Origin: Paraspadella gotoi
Taxonomy: Eukaryota; Animalia; Chaetognatha
Assembly (NCBI GenBank): GCA_051294375.1
Contig: CM119267.1
Location: forward strand, 20,275,476-20,339,475
Length of the DNA: 64,000 bases
Direction: 5' to 3'
Shown: positions 27,847 to 41,154 of the stretch, one piece after another
Layout of the letters: every line of letters begins with the position of its first letter
How positions within the stretch are numbered: the stretch's first letter is position 1
Notes under the pieces: model-generated
Database searches by the model: none
What the model saw: the letters and a program-made list of their open reading frames with translations, nothing else
What the model was told of the DNA's origin: nothing
Translations under genes and position numbers: made by a program

Positions 27847-29039
27847 ATGGGTCATATGACCATTTATAAATATTTTGTAGTCATCGTTAATCGTTATCGT
27901 TAGTCGTCGCTCGATCTTCCTTCATCGGTATCCAACGCCGCAGCTCTCCCCGTAGCCGCCGCCGCAGCGCCGCGACTTCTTCGGCGACGGAGACAAACGA
28001 TCGGGAAAAACTGAGGGCGGAAAAAGATAAAAGAATCTTGCGTCCCTGAAAATGAGGAAACAAAAGGGAATCGAGGCCGATTCCGATCACGTGATCAAAT
28101 ATCCCTATTCGTCTCAAATTTCATTATCATAAGCGCGCCTATCTTGCAACGGAATCGAATTAAATTAAATTCAATTGAGATGTACTAAGTAGTACTATAT
28201 AGTTGGCTTGGTTCTAACCATAAAATAACAAAGCGCCCCCGCCAAGTACACCCTAAACGACGTCAATAACGACGGCCCAACGATGACAATGAAACGACGA
28301 CGAAAACGGCGCCAATCACGAAGACGACAAAGACACCGGCGCAAACAACGACGATGACAACGGACGACGAAAACGCGCCATCAAGAAGACGACAAGACAC
28401 CACGGCGCAAACAACGACGATGACAACCGACGACGAGTTCACGACGCCAGAATATAGACGACGATGCGCCATATCGGCCGACACCAACGCCGCCAAAGTC
28501 GACGGCGGAATTAACGGATTTTATTAACAAGGATCTTAAAGTCTCTCTGCTTTTGCGTCTGAATCTCTAGACAATAAAGTGAAAGAGGAAAGCGATGCTT
28601 ATTGCTTAAGATGATGAAAACTGATTGGATTCTTTGGGTTTTATTGTTGGAACCAAGAACTGAAGTTGAAGCGGATGCGGGGGTATTTTTAAATCGATGC
28701 ACGTGCTTGGAAATGCTTGGAAAATCACGGATTAATTATATGTTTGTTGTTGGATTGTTTCGCTTGGTTTTTTTTTTTTTTGTTTTTTGTACTTTTTTTT
28801 AGAAGTGTTTGCCATATAATTTTATTTATGTAAATTTTTAGCTTTCTTGGTCCAATGCATATTCATCCTTTTCTCTTATTTGCTGTTGGTCTCGCTATTG
28901 GTGTCGCTGTTGGCAATTGCGGTTGCTTTCCTTCGTTGTCGTTGTTTCTCTATTAAAGGCCTCGTCAATCTTTTTTCAGCCCTCCGACCAAAGAGACTCC
29001 TTGTCGTCTCCTCGTCCCCTTAAAAGTGACAAAGATTAA
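27847..29039 (+). CDS. Mucin-like type I membrane protein, copy 2 (frameshifted)
   Basis: Same sequence as 35233-36420 with independent indels; stop TAA at 29037-29039. Confidence 0.45.
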
Positions 29040-30656
29040 TTGAACCGAAGTCTTTCTTCCACCCAATTCGCTCTCGTCAGCCTTATCCAATTTATGTATG
29101 TAAAAAAGTAATTTCATTTTTAGTATGTATAACCCTGTAGAGTTAGCTCATAAACGGGAAGCGACAAAAAAAAAAGAAGAAAACTAACAAAATGACATCA
29201 AAGATGTCGCCATTAGCGCCGTTTTTAAGGCAGAACCTTTCAAGACTCTCTGTATCTGGATCAGTGTTCGATTCATCAACTCAAGAGGCCATTTAGGGTT
29301 TGCTCTTTTTCTTTTTTGTTATTTTTCATTCCTCTCCTACATTTTTTCGGGTTTCCGAAATAATTTTCTTTTTTAAACTTCAATCAAAAAAAAATTAGTT
29401 TTTATTTAAAAGCAAACTTGAAGCATTTTCTTAATGATTCTCTGACCAACTTCCTTTCGTGTTATTCTCTCTCTCTCTTTCTCTTTCTCTCTCTCGTCTC
29501 TCTCTCTCTCTCCTCTCATCTGTCTCTCTCCTCTCTCTCTCTCTCTTTATAACGGATACAGGAAGTTTCATAATGCATATGAAATGTAGTAGGTTAAGGC
29601 CATTTTGTAACAACTGTCGAATTTTAATGTCCGCCTTAAGGAGTGTTAATACATTTCAAAGTTGAATAGAACATACTCAAATCTCCCTCTCTCTCTGCTC
29701 TGCCCGTCGCCCTTCCGCCCCGCCGTCCGGCCGCCGCGCCGCGCCGCCGCGACTGTGACCTTGAATCGATGTTCTCATTAAAGGTCGCGTTCGCCTTTTG
29801 TTTGTGACGTATTAATCATATATTGATGCTCTTTTCTTTTGATGCCCATCTTATTGCGCATATGACATCCATGGTGGCGTTTTATCGAACTTTGTCACGG
29901 TGGTTCTTTCAAAATACAAATGTTTTAACATAAACCAATCTCATACGAATAATCAACCTCTATTCCTCTCAATCACACATACTCTACAAATATGCATATG
30001 TTTACTCATTTTGCAAAAATCACCATAAATGGCAATAAACTTAATAAAAGACTATTAACAGCATTNNNNNNNNNNNNNNNNNNNNNNNNNTCATCATCTT
30101 GATCGTCATCATCAGATCGTCATCATCTAATATCTATTGACTCATCGACTTTTTTTTTTCCGGTTCTCCGTTACAAGTTGTAACCGTCATTCTCCCGTCG
30201 CAAGGTGGCCCGTCTTTTTTCGTCGACATCTTGCAAGGTGGGCTTTGTCTCGCGAGTTCTCGCTTGTGTAGTCACGTGATCATTAGGAAATTCGAAAAAA
30301 AGTCACGGCGGCGCAACGTCTTCAATTTCCCGGTTCTTGTTTGGGTTTTACATACGACGATATCGTCGTCGTTATTCAGATTCCAAATTATATCATTTTT
30401 GTCTTTTGTTTATAATATTTTCTCCATCATTTGTTTCGTCTTTATAGTCGTCATTCATATTTCATCAGACTTTATTCATCAGACTTTAATCATCAGACTT
30501 TATTCATCGCTTCGTTGTTCTGGTCAAGTTTTAGTCAACTTTTACTGTCTTCGTCTTCGTCGTTGTCGTCGTTGTCGTCGTCGTCGTTGACATTTTTCCT
30601 CCCCGGTGACACTTAATTACCTTTAAGTCTTTGAATAACGGATAAGAAGTGTTTAT

Positions 30657-30692
<36 letters not shown>

Positions 30693-30846
30693 TTCGCTCT
30701 CGGCTCTCTCTCTCTCTCATCTCTCTCTCTTCTCATGTCCAATCTACATATTCCAGCTTCATCAACGATATTGTCGCCTCGGACGAGGTGAGGAAGAAAA
30801 AGGAGAGAAAAGAAAAAAAGGCAAAATAGAAAGAAAGAAAGATCGA

Positions 30847-30946
<100 letters not shown>

Positions 30947-31315
30947 AGAAGTAATGAAAGAGGAAGCGAAATAGAAGAGAATAGCGAGTGAGAAAAAAAA
31001 AAGATTAAGTGATAGTGATAGAAAGATGCTCTTGGGTGATCGTGAAAAATAGCGAGTGATAAATGATAGTGAGAGAAATGTAGTGATAGAAAAATGTCCC
31101 AAGGGTCGACTTCGCACGAGACCATTGAGATGACGAATGAACTCGTCGAAAGAGAAAAGAGACCTTTCACCTGGAAACTGAGTAATAATCTTAAAATGTT
31201 ATCAATATCTGGGTCCCTTTCCTCAACCCTTGCGAATCGATTTCGGATCTTTATTCTTTTATTATTATTGTTTTATTATTCTAAACTCTGCTGTGTAATA
31301 ATTGAAAGGGCCTGA

Positions 31316-31364
<49 letters not shown>

Positions 31365-31379
31365 TCTCTTCTCTTCTCT

Positions 31380-31421
<42 letters not shown>

Positions 31422-31722
31422 CTCCACTTTTTTGTATTCCTCACTTTATTTTCCTTTTACTTAGTTGCTCTCATTTCCCTAATTTTTCGCTTTTCTTATT
31501 AATCTCATATACTTTTTTTCCCTTTTTCTAATTTTCTTAATTCCCATTATTTTCCTTATTTTCCCTAATTCCCTTTTTCCTTTCGACGAATCAGCATTCA
31601 GCAATCGATGACAAAACGAGGCTCAGTAAAAAAACTGAAAAAAAAAATAAACTGAAAACAAAAACAAAAAAACAAAAAAAACCGCCAACTGGAAAACGGA
31701 GGGAGAATTAAAATTGCCCCGG

Positions 31723-31781
<59 letters not shown>

Positions 31782-32129
31782 GGGGAAACATGAAAATGCC
31801 ACGCCTCCCGCGACGATGGGAGCTCTGGATGATCGTGCCGGAAAGTTTTCCGTGAAAGCCGGATGGTAATGCCGTATGGTAATGCCGAATGGTAATGCCA
31901 GATGGTACTGCCGAATGGGCGTGCCTTCTTAGGTTCTGCCGTTAGCTTAGTCCATAGTACGACCGACCGACGCCAACCGTACAACAAGCGCTTAATTAGA
32001 AAAATGGGGGTCGAATCATAAGGCCGTTGGATTCATCGGGCCTCGCAAATGTTTAATTCGAAGCGAATGTTTGTTTAAATTTATTTTCTGGATTTGGAGA
32101 GCAATTCGAGTGGGCGGTTGCTGATGAGT

Positions 32130-32166
<37 letters not shown>

Positions 32167-33317
32167 AGAGAGAAGAAGAGAGAGAAGAGAGAGAGGAGAG
32201 AGAGAGAGAGAGAGAGAGGAGAGTGGTGGGTGTGTGTGTGTATGTAGTACGTAGAAACGGTTTTTTGTAAACAGTGGAAATCAATCGAGACTATTCACGC
32301 CCCTTTGGTTGGAGGCGTTCTCTTTTGGGCCAACTCTCCCTCCCGCATTTATTTCCTCTTTTAAATGTTTTAACACTTTTAAATTCGCTTTTAAACTCAA
32401 GTGTTAAAAGACTTTAAATTTTCGGACGGAATAAACTATTGTTAATATTTGTAAAAATAACTTCAAAAAGTTTAATTTCTAACTCCTTTCAGAAAAAGTG
32501 TTACCAATGAAGTTTCTGCCAATGAATTCTCCAGGTTCCAACTGGCTCATCTGGGGATCTTTTTCCTCACCCTAACTTACCATTAACTACTAACTACAAT
32601 CCCTGACTTACCGTCAACGTTTCCTCTCCTCCATCCACGTCGAACTCTTATAAATTTAAATTATAAAGTTTTAAAAAAATGAAAGTGAAAACATTTATTA
32701 ATTCAAGAAAGAAATGTGAACATCAACGAGAGAAAGACGACGACGAAAATGTCGCTCGTTTTAATGAAACTTTATCATTAAGTAGAATAAAAATAAAATA
32801 ATAGAATAATGATACAATTAAACTTTTAACAGTCGATACTGTAGCAATACTCGGCGAGAGACATTAGGCAGACACGAAGGGACAAAAACAAGGACAATAC
32901 ATACGAAACTTTAAGCAATAAAGATATAAAGACTCGCTGAGAAAGATAGGGAGGCAAACGTACTGACGCAGACAAACAAACAGAAAGATATACGGATAGA
33001 GCGAAAGAAAAAGAGAGAAAAGACAGAAAGCAAAACTGGGTCTAATTCGGTCGAGTCTCAACAGATGCGACGAGATAAATGGGTGAGTCTAAGAGATAAA
33101 GGTAAGAGTCTATTGACTAAGCTAAGGTAAGTGTTTATAATACGAATTGAATCAAAGAATAGGACAAGAAGTCGCCTGGTGGAGAAACTTGAAATTAAAA
33201 CTGTTGGATTTGGTAACTTTTCGGTTGATGAATTTTAGCGGTCATCATTTATCATCTTTATCCCTCTTTCTCTCTCTTTCAGTCTTTTCCTTTTTAAAGT
33301 TTTACTAGTACTTTCTC

Positions 33318-33364
<47 letters not shown>

Positions 33365-33472
33365 TTATCCCTCTCCATATCTCTTACTCTCTCTCTCATT
33401 TTTACCCTCCCCATTTAAACTTGACTTTTTTTTTTTCCTATTTTCGTTCTCTAATTCAATCCTATCTCTCTT

Positions 33473-33514
<42 letters not shown>

Positions 33515-33521
33515 TCTCTCT

Positions 33522-33563
<42 letters not shown>

Positions 33564-33759
33564 CTCAGCCTGCAACGCAGCTGGTTTTTGCGTTATGCAA
33601 ATTGAAGCAAAATGCCTGATAACGCGATTTCGACGGCCACTTCGGATCGCGAGTGAAAAAAAATGCTGATCTAATTTGATTCATTATCTTGTATTGCAAA
33701 ATTCTTTTCTGTTCACTAAAACTTTTAATTATCAATTATTTGCACGAAATCTAAGATTG

Positions 33760-33860
<101 letters not shown>

Positions 33861-35158
33861 AAGTCACGGCGACATCAACGACATGATATTAATAATATTG
33901 TGTCAATCCATACAGACGCCACAGAGACCTCAAGGAACTAAAACCCAATAGGAATTTCCAAAAAAATAGAGAGGAGAGAAAGAGAGAGAAGAGAGAGAGA
34001 GAGAAGAAAGAGAGAGGAGAAGAGAGAGAGAGAGAGAGAGGAGAAGAGGAGAGAGAGAGAGAGAGAGAGACACTTTGTCTTTGGTTTGAAGAGTCGACGG
34101 TGACGACGTGACGTGGCGAATGAATGAAGGAGGCGATATCGGAAGTCGAGTCCAGTGGAAGTGAAAGGAAAAGGGAAAAGAAAAGGGAGAGGTAAAGGAA
34201 AGGAAAGGGAAAGGAAAGGAGAGTGTTAGAAAGGAAAGAATAGGAAAGTAAAAGAAAGGAAAGGAAAGTAAAAGAAAGGAAAGGAAAGGAAAGGAAATGA
34301 AAGGAAATGAGAGGATAAGAAAGGAAAGGATAGGAAAGGAAAGGAAAGGAAAGGAATTAAATTGAAATGTAAAATGAAAAGTAGACTCGTGTTGTGGAAT
34401 GAAGTTGGACCGGTTGGTGTTGTCAATATTAGATTAACTTCGGATTAATTTATGGCTGATATTGATAACGAAACAAAAAAATATATACATATATTAATTA
34501 TAAATATAATGATACCAGGGGAGCGGGATGGGGAGTTTTCCAATTCGACAGAATAGAGAAAAAAATTAGAGGCTTTCAGTGAATTTGAATGAAAAATAAA
34601 AGAAAAAAAAGAAAAGCTTTTTTTTTTAAAGCGAAAAAAAGGAACAAAAAAGCTTTAAAATTAAAAGCCTTTGAGAGGAAATGAAGCGAATTTGTCACTA
34701 GAAGAAGAAAGATAAAAAGGTGAAATCAAGAGAAAAAAGAAAAAAGAAACAAAAGGAAAGAAAAGGAAATAACAACTAAAATAAAGAAAGTAAAAGAAAT
34801 AAAAACTATAAAAAAGGTTTTAGATGTAAAATTAAAAGAAAGGAAAGAGAAGAGAAAAGTCACAAAGCGATGAAGTGGGGGGGAAAAATAGGAAACAAAA
34901 CAGTTACAACTCAAAAATTAAATAAAATGAAAGAAAGGGAAGAAAAATAAGGAAGAAATAAAAAGCCAAGTAAAGATGAGCAAAGACTTGAATACTTACT
35001 TAATACTTATAGACTTATAGTGTGTCTGATCTTTTTCGTCCAAATTCTTTTTCAGAAAGATGAGACCTTGATCTCATTTCCATAAACGGGTTCACAGGGA
35101 ATTAGTACCAAAAAGGGAAGACATATTGGGGATTTTCTCTCTCTCTCTCTCTCTCTCC

Positions 35159-35192
<34 letters not shown>

Positions 35193-35232
35193 TTCCCTTT
35201 CTCCCTCTATCTATCGGTATTTCTCTCGCCAT

Positions 35233-36420
35233 ATGGGTCATATGACCATTTATAAATATTTGTAGTCATCGTTAATCGTTATCGTAGTCGTTCGCTCGAT
35301 CTTCCTTCATCGGTATCCAACGCCGCAGCTCTCCCCGTAGCCGCCGACGCAGCGCCGCGACTTCTTCGGCGACGGAGACAAACGATCGGGAAAACTGAGG
35401 GCGGAAAAGATAAAAGAATCTTGCGTCCCTGAAAATGAGGAACAAAAGGGAATCGAAGGCCGATTCCGATCACGTGATCAAATATCCCTATTCGTCTCAA
35501 ATGTCATTATCATAGCGCGCCTATCTTTGCAACGGAATCGAATTAAATTCAATTGAGATGTACTAAGTAGTACTATTATTAGTTGGCTTGGTTCTAACCA
35601 TAATGACGAAAGCGCCCCCGCCAAGTACACCCTAACGACGTCAATAACGACGGCGCCAACGATGACAATGACAACGACGACGAAAACGGCGCCAATCACG
35701 AAGACGACAAAGACACCGGCGCAAACAACGACGATGACAACGACGACGAAAACGGCGCCAATCAAGAAGACGACAAAGACACCGGCGCAAACAACGACGA
35801 TGACAACGACGACGACGTTCACGACGCCAGAATAGACGACGATGGCGCCATATCGGCCGACACCAACGCCGCCAAAGTCGACGGCGGAATTAACGGATTT
35901 TATTAACGAGGATCTTAAAGTCTCTTCTGCTTTTGCGTCTGAATCTCTAGACAATAAAGTGAAAGAGGAAAGCGATGCTTATTGCTTAAGAGGATGAAAA
36001 CTGATTGGATTCTTTGGGTTTTATTGTTGGAACCAAGAACTGAAGTTGACAGCGGATGCGGGGGTATTTTTAAATCGATCACGTGCTTGGGAATGCTTGG
36101 GAATCACGGATTAATTAATATGTTTGTTGTCGATTGTTTCGCTTGTTTTTTTGTTGTTGTTTTTTTGTACTTTTTTTTTAAAAGTGTTTGCCATATAATT
36201 TTATTTATGTAAATTTTTAGCTTTCTTGTCCAATGCAATATTCATCCCTTTTCTCTTATTTGCTGTTGGTCTCGCTATTGGTGTCGCTGTTGCAATTGCG
36301 GTTGCTTTCCTCTTCGTTGTCGTTGTTTCTCTTATTAAAGGCCTCGTCAATCTTTTCTCAGCCTCCGACCAAAGAGACTCCTTGTCGTCTCCTCGTCCCC
36401 TTAAAAGTGACAAAGATTAA
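35233..36420 (+). CDS. Thr-rich mucin-like single-pass membrane protein (best-preserved copy)
   Basis: + frame from about 35567: DVLSSTIISWLGSNHNDESAPAKYTLTTSITTAPTMTMTTTTKTAPITKTTKTPAQTTTMTTTTKTAPIKKTTKTPAQTTTMTTTTTFTTPE*TTMAPYRPTPTPPKSTAELTDFINEDLKVSSAFASESLDNKVKEESDAYCL; the TAG site reads differently in the other two copies. A phase-compatible GT-AG intron 36064-36220 leads to terminal exon (A)FLSNAIFIPFLLFAVGLAIGVAVAIAVAFLFVVVVSLIKGLVNLFSASDQRDSLSSPRPLKSDKD*. Start codon (35233 or 35242) is uncertain. Confidence 0.6.
35668..35815 (+). repeat. 66-bp coding tandem repeat (about 2.2 copies, 22-aa Thr-rich unit)
   Basis: acaacgacgacgaaaacggcgccaatca recurs at 35671 and 35737. Confidence 0.9.
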
Positions 36421-36843
36421 TTGAACCGAAAGTCTTTTCTCCACCCAATTCGCTCTCGTCAGCCTTATCCAATTTATGTATGTAAAAAGTAATTTCACTT
36501 TTTAGTATGTATAATCCTGTAGAGTTAGCTCATAAACGGAAGCGACAAAAAAAAAAGAAAAGCGAACAAAATGACATCAAAGATGTCGCCATTAGCGCCG
36601 TTTTAAAAGGCAGAACCTTTTCTAAGACTCTTCTGTAGTCTGGACTCAGTGTTCGATTCATCAACTCATGAGGCCATTTAGGGTTTCTCTTTTTTTCTTT
36701 TTTGTTATTTTTCATTTCCTCTCCTACATTTTTCGGGTTTCCGAAATATTTCTTTTTTTACTTCAATCCAAAAAAAAATTAGTTTTTATTTAAAGCAACT
36801 TGAAGCATTTTCTTATGAATTCTCTGACCACTTCCTTTCGTGT

Positions 36844-36896
<53 letters not shown>

Positions 36897-37062
36897 ATTA
36901 ACGGATACAGGAGTTTCATAATCGCTATGAATGTAGTAGACTTAAAGGCCATTTTGTAACTAACTGTCGAATTTTAATGTCGCCTTAAGGAGTGTTAATA
37001 CATTCAAAGTGCAATAGAACATACTCAAATCTCCCTCTCTCTCTGCCTCTGCCCGTCGCCTT

Positions 37063-37102
<40 letters not shown>

Positions 37103-38100
37103 GACTCTTGACCTTGAGATCGATTGTCTCATTAAGGTCGCGTTCGCCTTTTGTTTGTGATCGTATTAATCATATTGATGCTCTTTTCTTTGATGCGCCA
37201 TCTTATTGCGCATATGACATCCATGTGGGCTTTTATTCGAACTTTGTCACGGTGTTCTTCAAAATACAAATGTTATTAACATAAAACCAATCTCATACGA
37301 AATATCATACTTCTATTCCCTCTCACACTCTATTCTAAATATGCATAGTGTTATCATTGCACAGCATTTTCATCGATTTTAAAACGATTCGGTTCAGTGC
37401 AAAGATACGAAAATATGTACTGGACTATTTATTAAATGGTTTTCGTCGTCGTTGGCCTTCAAAGGCAAAATTAACGAACTTATATGATTTCCTTCCTGTT
37501 GACAGTCTCTCTATCTCTCCCTCTCTCTTTTTCTCTCTCTCTCTCTATCTCCCTCCATATTCCTCTCTCTTCTTTTTTATTCAAACTTGTTTTTTATTCT
37601 GCCTTTCTTGGCTTCCACCCTTTCTCTCACCAATTTTTTTTTCACCGCCTCAATCATCTTTTAACTATTTTGTTTTCTCGTTTCCTGACTATTTTATTAT
37701 TTTCTCATAACTAATCATACCGAAAAGTAATTTTCTTAAATTTTGCCGTAAGACAATAATATTGTCCATAAGGAAGATCATTTTTATATGAGATATATCA
37801 GATTATTTGTTACAAAATTTTCAAACTGAGTTAATAATTTTTTTTTGTAAACATTTTATCATAAGTACACATAAAAGTACAAAAGTTTTCACGAATCATC
37901 AATGACAATTTGACGATATATAGAAAACTAAATCAAAAAGCATTTAAATAAAATTCAGGAATAAAAAGCGAAAAAGGAAAAAGAAAATTTCTCGGACGCT
38001 TTTGGGTTGATGCTCTGAGGAAATCGGATATGCGCATAAGATCACGGTGAAAAAAAAATTAGGTGCAATGGGTGGGTAAAAAAAGAGAAGAAGTAAAGTG

Positions 38101-38166
<66 letters not shown>

Positions 38167-38412
38167 AGGCGCGTTTCCAGGGAGACTATTAAATCATTTT
38201 TTTTCTCGCGATTTTTGCTTTCAAAAGTTTTCCTGAGTCGAATTTAGATCAAGTGCCTCATGTTTTCACGTTTTATTGTATTTTTTTTTTAAAAACCCGA
38301 ATTTTTACACATTTTTCCTACAAGCCTTCCAAGTTTTTCTTGTTCTTTAACTTTTTTATAATCCGTTTAATCTCTCAATGTTTTGTTCCCTTCGCTCCTT
38401 TTTTGTTTACAG

Positions 38413-39194
38413 CAATAAAGGTCTAATCGGTTTAGTCGTCTCTCAGCGCCATTTCGACTTCCGGCGTCGTTTAGCCACGCCCCCTCGACATCGTTTCGCA
38501 CGACGCCTACTCGTGAGCTCGACTCGATGGACACGCCCATTCCTTACAAATATCCACATTGCAGTCGCACCCTTTCGGGTCATTGAGACGCTCGGTCGCC
38601 CCAATTGAGGAGTGCCCAATACAATATTTATTCTATCCAAGGTTTTTTTTTGTGAGTCCTTGCAAAACCACCTACATTCCTACAAAATCCACCATTCCGG
38701 TGATAACAACCCCGCCCACTTTACAGCTTATTCACGGCCGGCTTCCAAGGCCACTCTTTCCCATCTCCCAACTCACCCGGCCTCACTTACCTCCCGCTAT
38801 CCCAACTCGTAATCGATTATCCTTCTCTTCAAGTCCCGGGGTGATTCCCCTCGTCTCAGTCCAAACGGATCGGACAAAGAGTTTATCGTCGTCGTCGTCG
38901 TCGTCGTCGTCTCAGTCGGACCAAAACGAAGCCATCAATCTTGATGAACCAACTCGTCCCGTTTTTAGATCCACTTTCATTTCCTGCCTTTTAATTCCCG
39001 GAAACGACTTATCTCATTCTCAGCCAGTTCCCGAGAGAGTCGCGACAATTCCTATTCCCCGCCACCCAAGTACAACTCTCTCTAGTCTCCACCCAACCCT
39101 CCCCCCCGCGATCACCATGCAGAGAGTTTTCTATCCGACCCCGGACAAAGTTCTACCGCCTTCATTAAATTCCTTTTTAGTATTTATAATATAA
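38413..39194 (+). CDS. Candidate Pro/Ser/Thr-rich exon, unidentified
   Basis: Acceptor ttttgtttacag at 38412; about 225 open codons from ~38517 to TAA 39194 in GC-richer, non-microsatellite sequence. No domain recognised. Confidence 0.3.
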
Positions 39195-39257
39195 ATAATA
39201 AGAAATTGGTTTAACCATTATAAAAATTAACCAATTAATTTAATAATTAAGCTATCT

Positions 39258-39316
39258 CGCCCCTGACTTTGGACAGGCTTTGATGATTTAAGACCTCCAT
39301 CCCTCTTACAAGATAA
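39258..39316 (+). repeat. Short dispersed element shared with 21830-21887 (and its mirror 19955-20012)
   Basis: gcccctgactttggacaggctttgatgatttaagacctccatccctcttacaagataa aligns with gcccctgactttcgacgggctatggttggttaagatcttcctccttctcgcaagataa by substitutions only. Confidence 0.75.
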
Positions 39317-39548
39317 TGATATTTACAATATATAATATACTACATGCCCCATTGCCCCAGTTCTACCCTCTTAGGTTTCCACCCATCTCAATTTCCAGTC
39401 CCACCCTCTTACAATGTCTCAACCTCAACTCTCTCAGGTCTCACCCAACCAGTACCCACCCTTACTCCGATTCCCAACCTTTTAGATCTCCACCCAACCC
39501 CAGTCCCAACCTGTAAAGACTCCCCAATCCAAGCTTCCCCCCATCTCC

Positions 39549-40139
39549 TTAGACCCCCACTTCCCAATCCCACTCCCTAAAATTTCCACTCTCCCCTTTT
39601 CCCCAACCTAAGGACTCCCCCACCCACCCCCAGGTCCCACCCTCTTCTTCGAATTCTTCGCCTTTTGAGGAACCGAAAATTCCCCAGACGGTCGACGGGC
39701 CTGATCCGCTCGTCGAGAGACGGAATGAAAACAACAACAACAATCGGGGACTAAATTCGTCCCGGCAGCAAATGAAATCCTTTTCAGGGTGACACGGCTC
39801 GACTCCTGATCGGCTAAAAACAACAACCAATCGGCTCAACATTTGGATTCTCACATCCGGGGATTTCCGAGAATTTTGATGAGAACAATTATTAAAGATT
39901 TTTTTCGTTCGATGACTTTGTAAAAGTAGATATATTGTTACTGGCGTTTCAGTGGTTATTGTTTTTATACTGTTTTCGAGTGACAGTTCCATAGACATAG
40001 TAGACATAGTAGACATAGTAGTCGAAAACGAGGGCGGGACTCGTGTCGAGTATTTTGCACCCAAAACAAAATGGCGACTGCTCAATGTGCTCAATGAGTG
40101 CTCATCCTTGTCTACTTTCCCTTTACTTAAACCAATCAA
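39549..40139 (-). CDS. Candidate Ser/Thr-rich exon (possibly a distal part of the Ig-domain gene)
   Basis: 196-codon open frame in non-microsatellite DNA containing an in-frame 9-bp repeat (STM x3). An upstream donor cgcag|gtaatc lies near 40332. Confidence 0.25.
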   Translation of the reverse strand: MIGLSKGKVDKDEHSLSTLSSRHFVLGAKYSTRVPPSFSTTMSTMSTMSMELSLENSIKTITTETPVTIYLLLQSHRTKKIFNNCSHQNSRKSPDVRIQMLSRLVVVFSRSGVEPCHPEKDFICCRDEFSPRLLLLFSFRLSTSGSGPSTVWGIFGSSKGEEFEEEGGTWGWVGESLGWGKGESGNFREWDWEVGV

Positions 40140-40347
40140 TCAAGCCTTTTGAATTCCCTCTAGACCTTACTTTTCTTTTACCTTTATCTTTTTCCTTATT
40201 CTTTTCCTTTCTCCCTATTTTCACGCGTATTTCCCTGCTTTTCCAGAAAAAAAAAGAGAGAAAAAGAAAACAAAAGAACCGGGAAAAAAAACGAAGCAAA
40301 AAAACAGAAAGTCCAAACAAATCGTCGATTACCTGCGCCTGGAGACA

Positions 40348-40380
<33 letters not shown>

Positions 40381-41083
40381 AACAACGACTCTGAAGAAGA
40401 CGTCAAAAGGTCAAACAACAAACCAAACAATTTCTATTAAAAAAATAAAAACAAAAAACTTCGCCAATAACCGGGCGAACGAAACACCGCCGAACCGTGA
40501 AAAATAATGTCAACATAAAAAATGGGTTTTAATTAAAGCTAAAGACCCAAAGGAGGCGGAAAATGTTTTGACATTGAAAGATTAATTATATCGAAAAAAA
40601 AAAGATAAATAAAAAAAGGGGAGCGCTCTTTTCTCATTAGACGCAAACGGTATTTATTTATATTCGAATTTAATGCCGTCAAGCATCAAGAATGAGTCAA
40701 AATATTTGAAATATTAATAAATATGAAAAAATAAATAAATAAATAAATAAATAATTTTTTTTTTAAATAATAAATAAATATAGAAGTTGGACTGCGATCG
40801 TGTTCTCTCTCGTTTCATAGCCGCCGACGCGAAATTAAAATAAAATTGGAAAAATCGGGTTAATTAATTATTTAATCTGGTTTTTAATGAGTACGTAATT
40901 AATAATGCGATTAATCGTTTTCATCAAAACGTTTAAGAATCGAATCTCGTCGGTTGGATTTTCTGCTCAAGTTATTAATTAATTGCGTTTGATTTATGGA
41001 ACACTATAATATAAAAATAATTCAATGATAGATAGAATTGGAACTTATCCAATTTCACAGTTATCACAGAAAGGTTGTAATGT

Positions 41084-41154
<71 letters not shown>

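Noticed and set aside
35478-35954. 158-aa Val-rich multi-pass membrane ORF on the minus strand
   Set aside because: Antisense shadow of the Thr-rich stalk; the + strand has the intron and terminal TM exon.
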